The notes below the pieces were generated by a model. The model had not been told where the DNA came from. It saw only the letters and a list, made by a program, of their open reading frames with translations, and did not search any database. From Eledone cirrhosa (Eukaryota): 64,000 nt of DNA. Positions 61,230 to 64,000 of the stretch are shown here, piece by piece. Where the stretch lies: the NCBI GenBank assembly GCA_964016885.1, contig OZ024740.1:744001-808000 (forward strand), read 5' to 3'. Both the position numbers and the translations under genes were made by a program. The first letter of the stretch is position 1; each line of letters opens with the position of its first letter.

Positions 61230-64000
61230 TAATTACATTACTCTATATTTACATTACTCTATAATTACATTACTCTAAATTACATTACTCTATATATACA
61301 CTACTCTAAATTTACACTACTCTATATTTACATTACCCTATAATTACACTAGTCTATATTTAGATTACACTATATTTACACTACTCTATATTTACACTAC
61401 ACTATATTTACACTACTCTATATTTACACTACTCTATATTTACATTACTTTATATTTACATTACACTATATTTACATTACTCTATATTTACATTACTCTA
61501 TATTTACACTACTTTATATTTACACTACTCTATATTTACATTACTCTATATTTATATTACTCTATAATTACATTATTCTATAATTACATTAATCTATATT
61601 TACACTAATCTATATTTACATTACTCTATATTTACACTAATCTATAATCACAATGCTCTATAATTACATTACTCTATAATTACATTACTCTATATTTACA
61701 CTACTCTATATTTACATTACTCTATATTTACATTACTCTATATTTACAATACTTTATATTTACACTACTCTATATTTACATTACTCTATATTTATATTAC
61801 TCTATAATTACATTATTCTATAATTACATTAATCTATATTTACAATATTCTATATTTACATTACTCAATATTTACACTACTCTATAATTACACTACTTTA
61901 TATTTACATTACTCTATATTTACACTACTCTATATATACATTACTCTATATTTACATTACTATATATTTACACTACTCTATAATTACAATACTCTATAAT
62001 TACATTACTCTATATTTACACTACTCTATAATTACATTACTCTATAATTAAATTACTCTATATTTACACTACTCTATATTAACACTACTCTATATTTACA
62101 CTACTCTATATTTACATTACACAATATTTACACTACTCTATATATACATTACTCAATATTTATGTTACTCTATAATTACATTACTCTATATTTACATTAC
62201 TCTATAATTACATTACTTTATATTTACACTACTCTATATTGAAACTACTCTATATTTACACTACTCTATATTTACATTACTCTATAATTACACTACTTTA
62301 TATTTACACTACTCTATATTTACATTACTCTTTATTTACACTACTCTATATTTACATTACTCTATTTTTACACTACTCTATATTTACATTATTCTATAAT
62401 TATATTACTCTATATTTACATTACTCTATATTTACATTACTCTATATTTACATGACTCTATAATTACAATACTCTATAATTACATTGCTCTATATTTTCA
62501 CTACTCTATATTTACACTACTCTATATTTACACTACTCTATATTTACATTACACTATATTTACACTACTCTATATATACATTACTATATATTTACACTAC
62601 TCTATATTTACATTACTCTATATTTACATTACTCTATGTTTACATTACTCTATATTTACAATACTTTATATTTACACTACTCTATATTTACATTACTCTA
62701 TATTTATATTACTCTATAATTACATTATTCTATAATTACATTAATCTATATTTACACTACTCTATATTTACATTACTCTCTATTTACACTACTCTATAAT
62801 TACAATACTCTATAATTACATTACTCTATATTTACACTACTCTATAATTACATTACTCTATAATTAAATTACTCTATATTTACACTATATATTTACACTA
62901 CTCTATATTTTCACTACTCTATATTTACATTACTCAATATTTACATTACCCTAAATTACATTACTCTATAATTACATTACTCTATATTTACATTACTCTA
63001 TAATTAAGTAACTCTATATTTACATTACTCTAAATTACATTATTCTATATTTACACTACACTATATTTACACTGCTCTATATTTACATTACTCTATATTT
63101 ACACTACTCTATATTTACACTACTCTATATTTACACTACTCTATAATTACACTATTCTATATTTACCTTACTCTATATATGTATTACTCTATATTTACAT
63201 TACTCTATATTTACACTACTCTATAATTACAATACTCTATAATTACATTGCTCTATATTTACACTACTCTATATTTACACTACTCTATATTTACATTAGA
63301 CTATATATACATTACTCTATATATACATTACTCTATATTTACACTACTCTATATTTACATTACTCTATATTTACATTACTCTAAATTACATTACTCTATA
63401 TTTACACTACTCTATTTTTACACTACTCTATATTTACATTACTTTATATTTACACTACTCTATATTTAAATTAATCTATATTTACACTACTCTATATTTA
63501 AATTACTCTATATTTACACTACTCTATATTTACATTACTCTATAATTACATTATTCTATATTTACACTACACTATATTTACACTGCTCTATATTTACATT
63601 ACTCTATATTTACACTACTCTATATTTACACTACTCTATATTTACACTACTCTATAATTACATTACTCTATATTTACACTACTCTATAATTACATTACTC
63701 TATATTTGCATTACTCTATATTTACACTACTCTATATTTACACTACTTTATATTTACATTACTCTATATTTACACTACTCTATATTTACATTACTCTATA
63801 TTTACACTACTCTATATTTACATTACTCTATATTTACACTACTCTATATTTACATTACTCTATATTTACACTACTCTATATTTACATTACTTTATAATTA
63901 CATTACTTTATAATTACATTACTCTATATTTACATTACACTATATTTACATTACTCTATAATTACATTACTCTATATTTAAATTACTCTAAATTACATTA
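61230..64000. repeat. 16-bp satellite, right part, runs off the window
   Basis: Direct; ORF translations show a 16-aa period (3 x 16 nt). Confidence 0.97.

Noticed and set aside
62239-63897. LLYIYTTLYLHYSIFT-repeat ORFs
   Set aside because: Artefact of the 16-bp satellite.

Overview
Eukaryotic, AT-rich, repeat-dense genomic DNA. The SINE/RTE/(CAT)n/(TA)n repeat landscape suggests an octopus or other coleoid cephalopod, which is an inference. I assembled by hand 16 phase-compatible GT-AG exons of one + strand gene (12978-54157, about 687 codons, both ends not found). It encodes an ADAMTS-type zinc metalloprotease: prodomain, catalytic domain with HELGHNLGMAH, disintegrin-like, TSP1, Cys-rich, start of spacer. 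The rest is mobile and repeated DNA: a Naiad-type Penelope-like element with an inverted partial copy, a Neptune-type Penelope remnant, many RTE LINEs, CR1 and CRE fragments, tRNA-derived SINEs, hAT/piggyBac/Tc1-like MITEs, Helitrons, minisatellites and several long palindromes. Three observations stand out. (1) At four exon junctions the splice site itself has been tandemly amplified, and one 845-bp intron consists almost wholly of 8 donor copies followed by 7 acceptor copies. (2) Three minimal type-I hammerhead ribozyme motifs lie in introns, one in a 334-nt retrozyme-like unit. (3) A 5.76-kb Helitron-like insertion cleanly splits a 16-bp satellite. Repeat boundaries are approximate, by eye.
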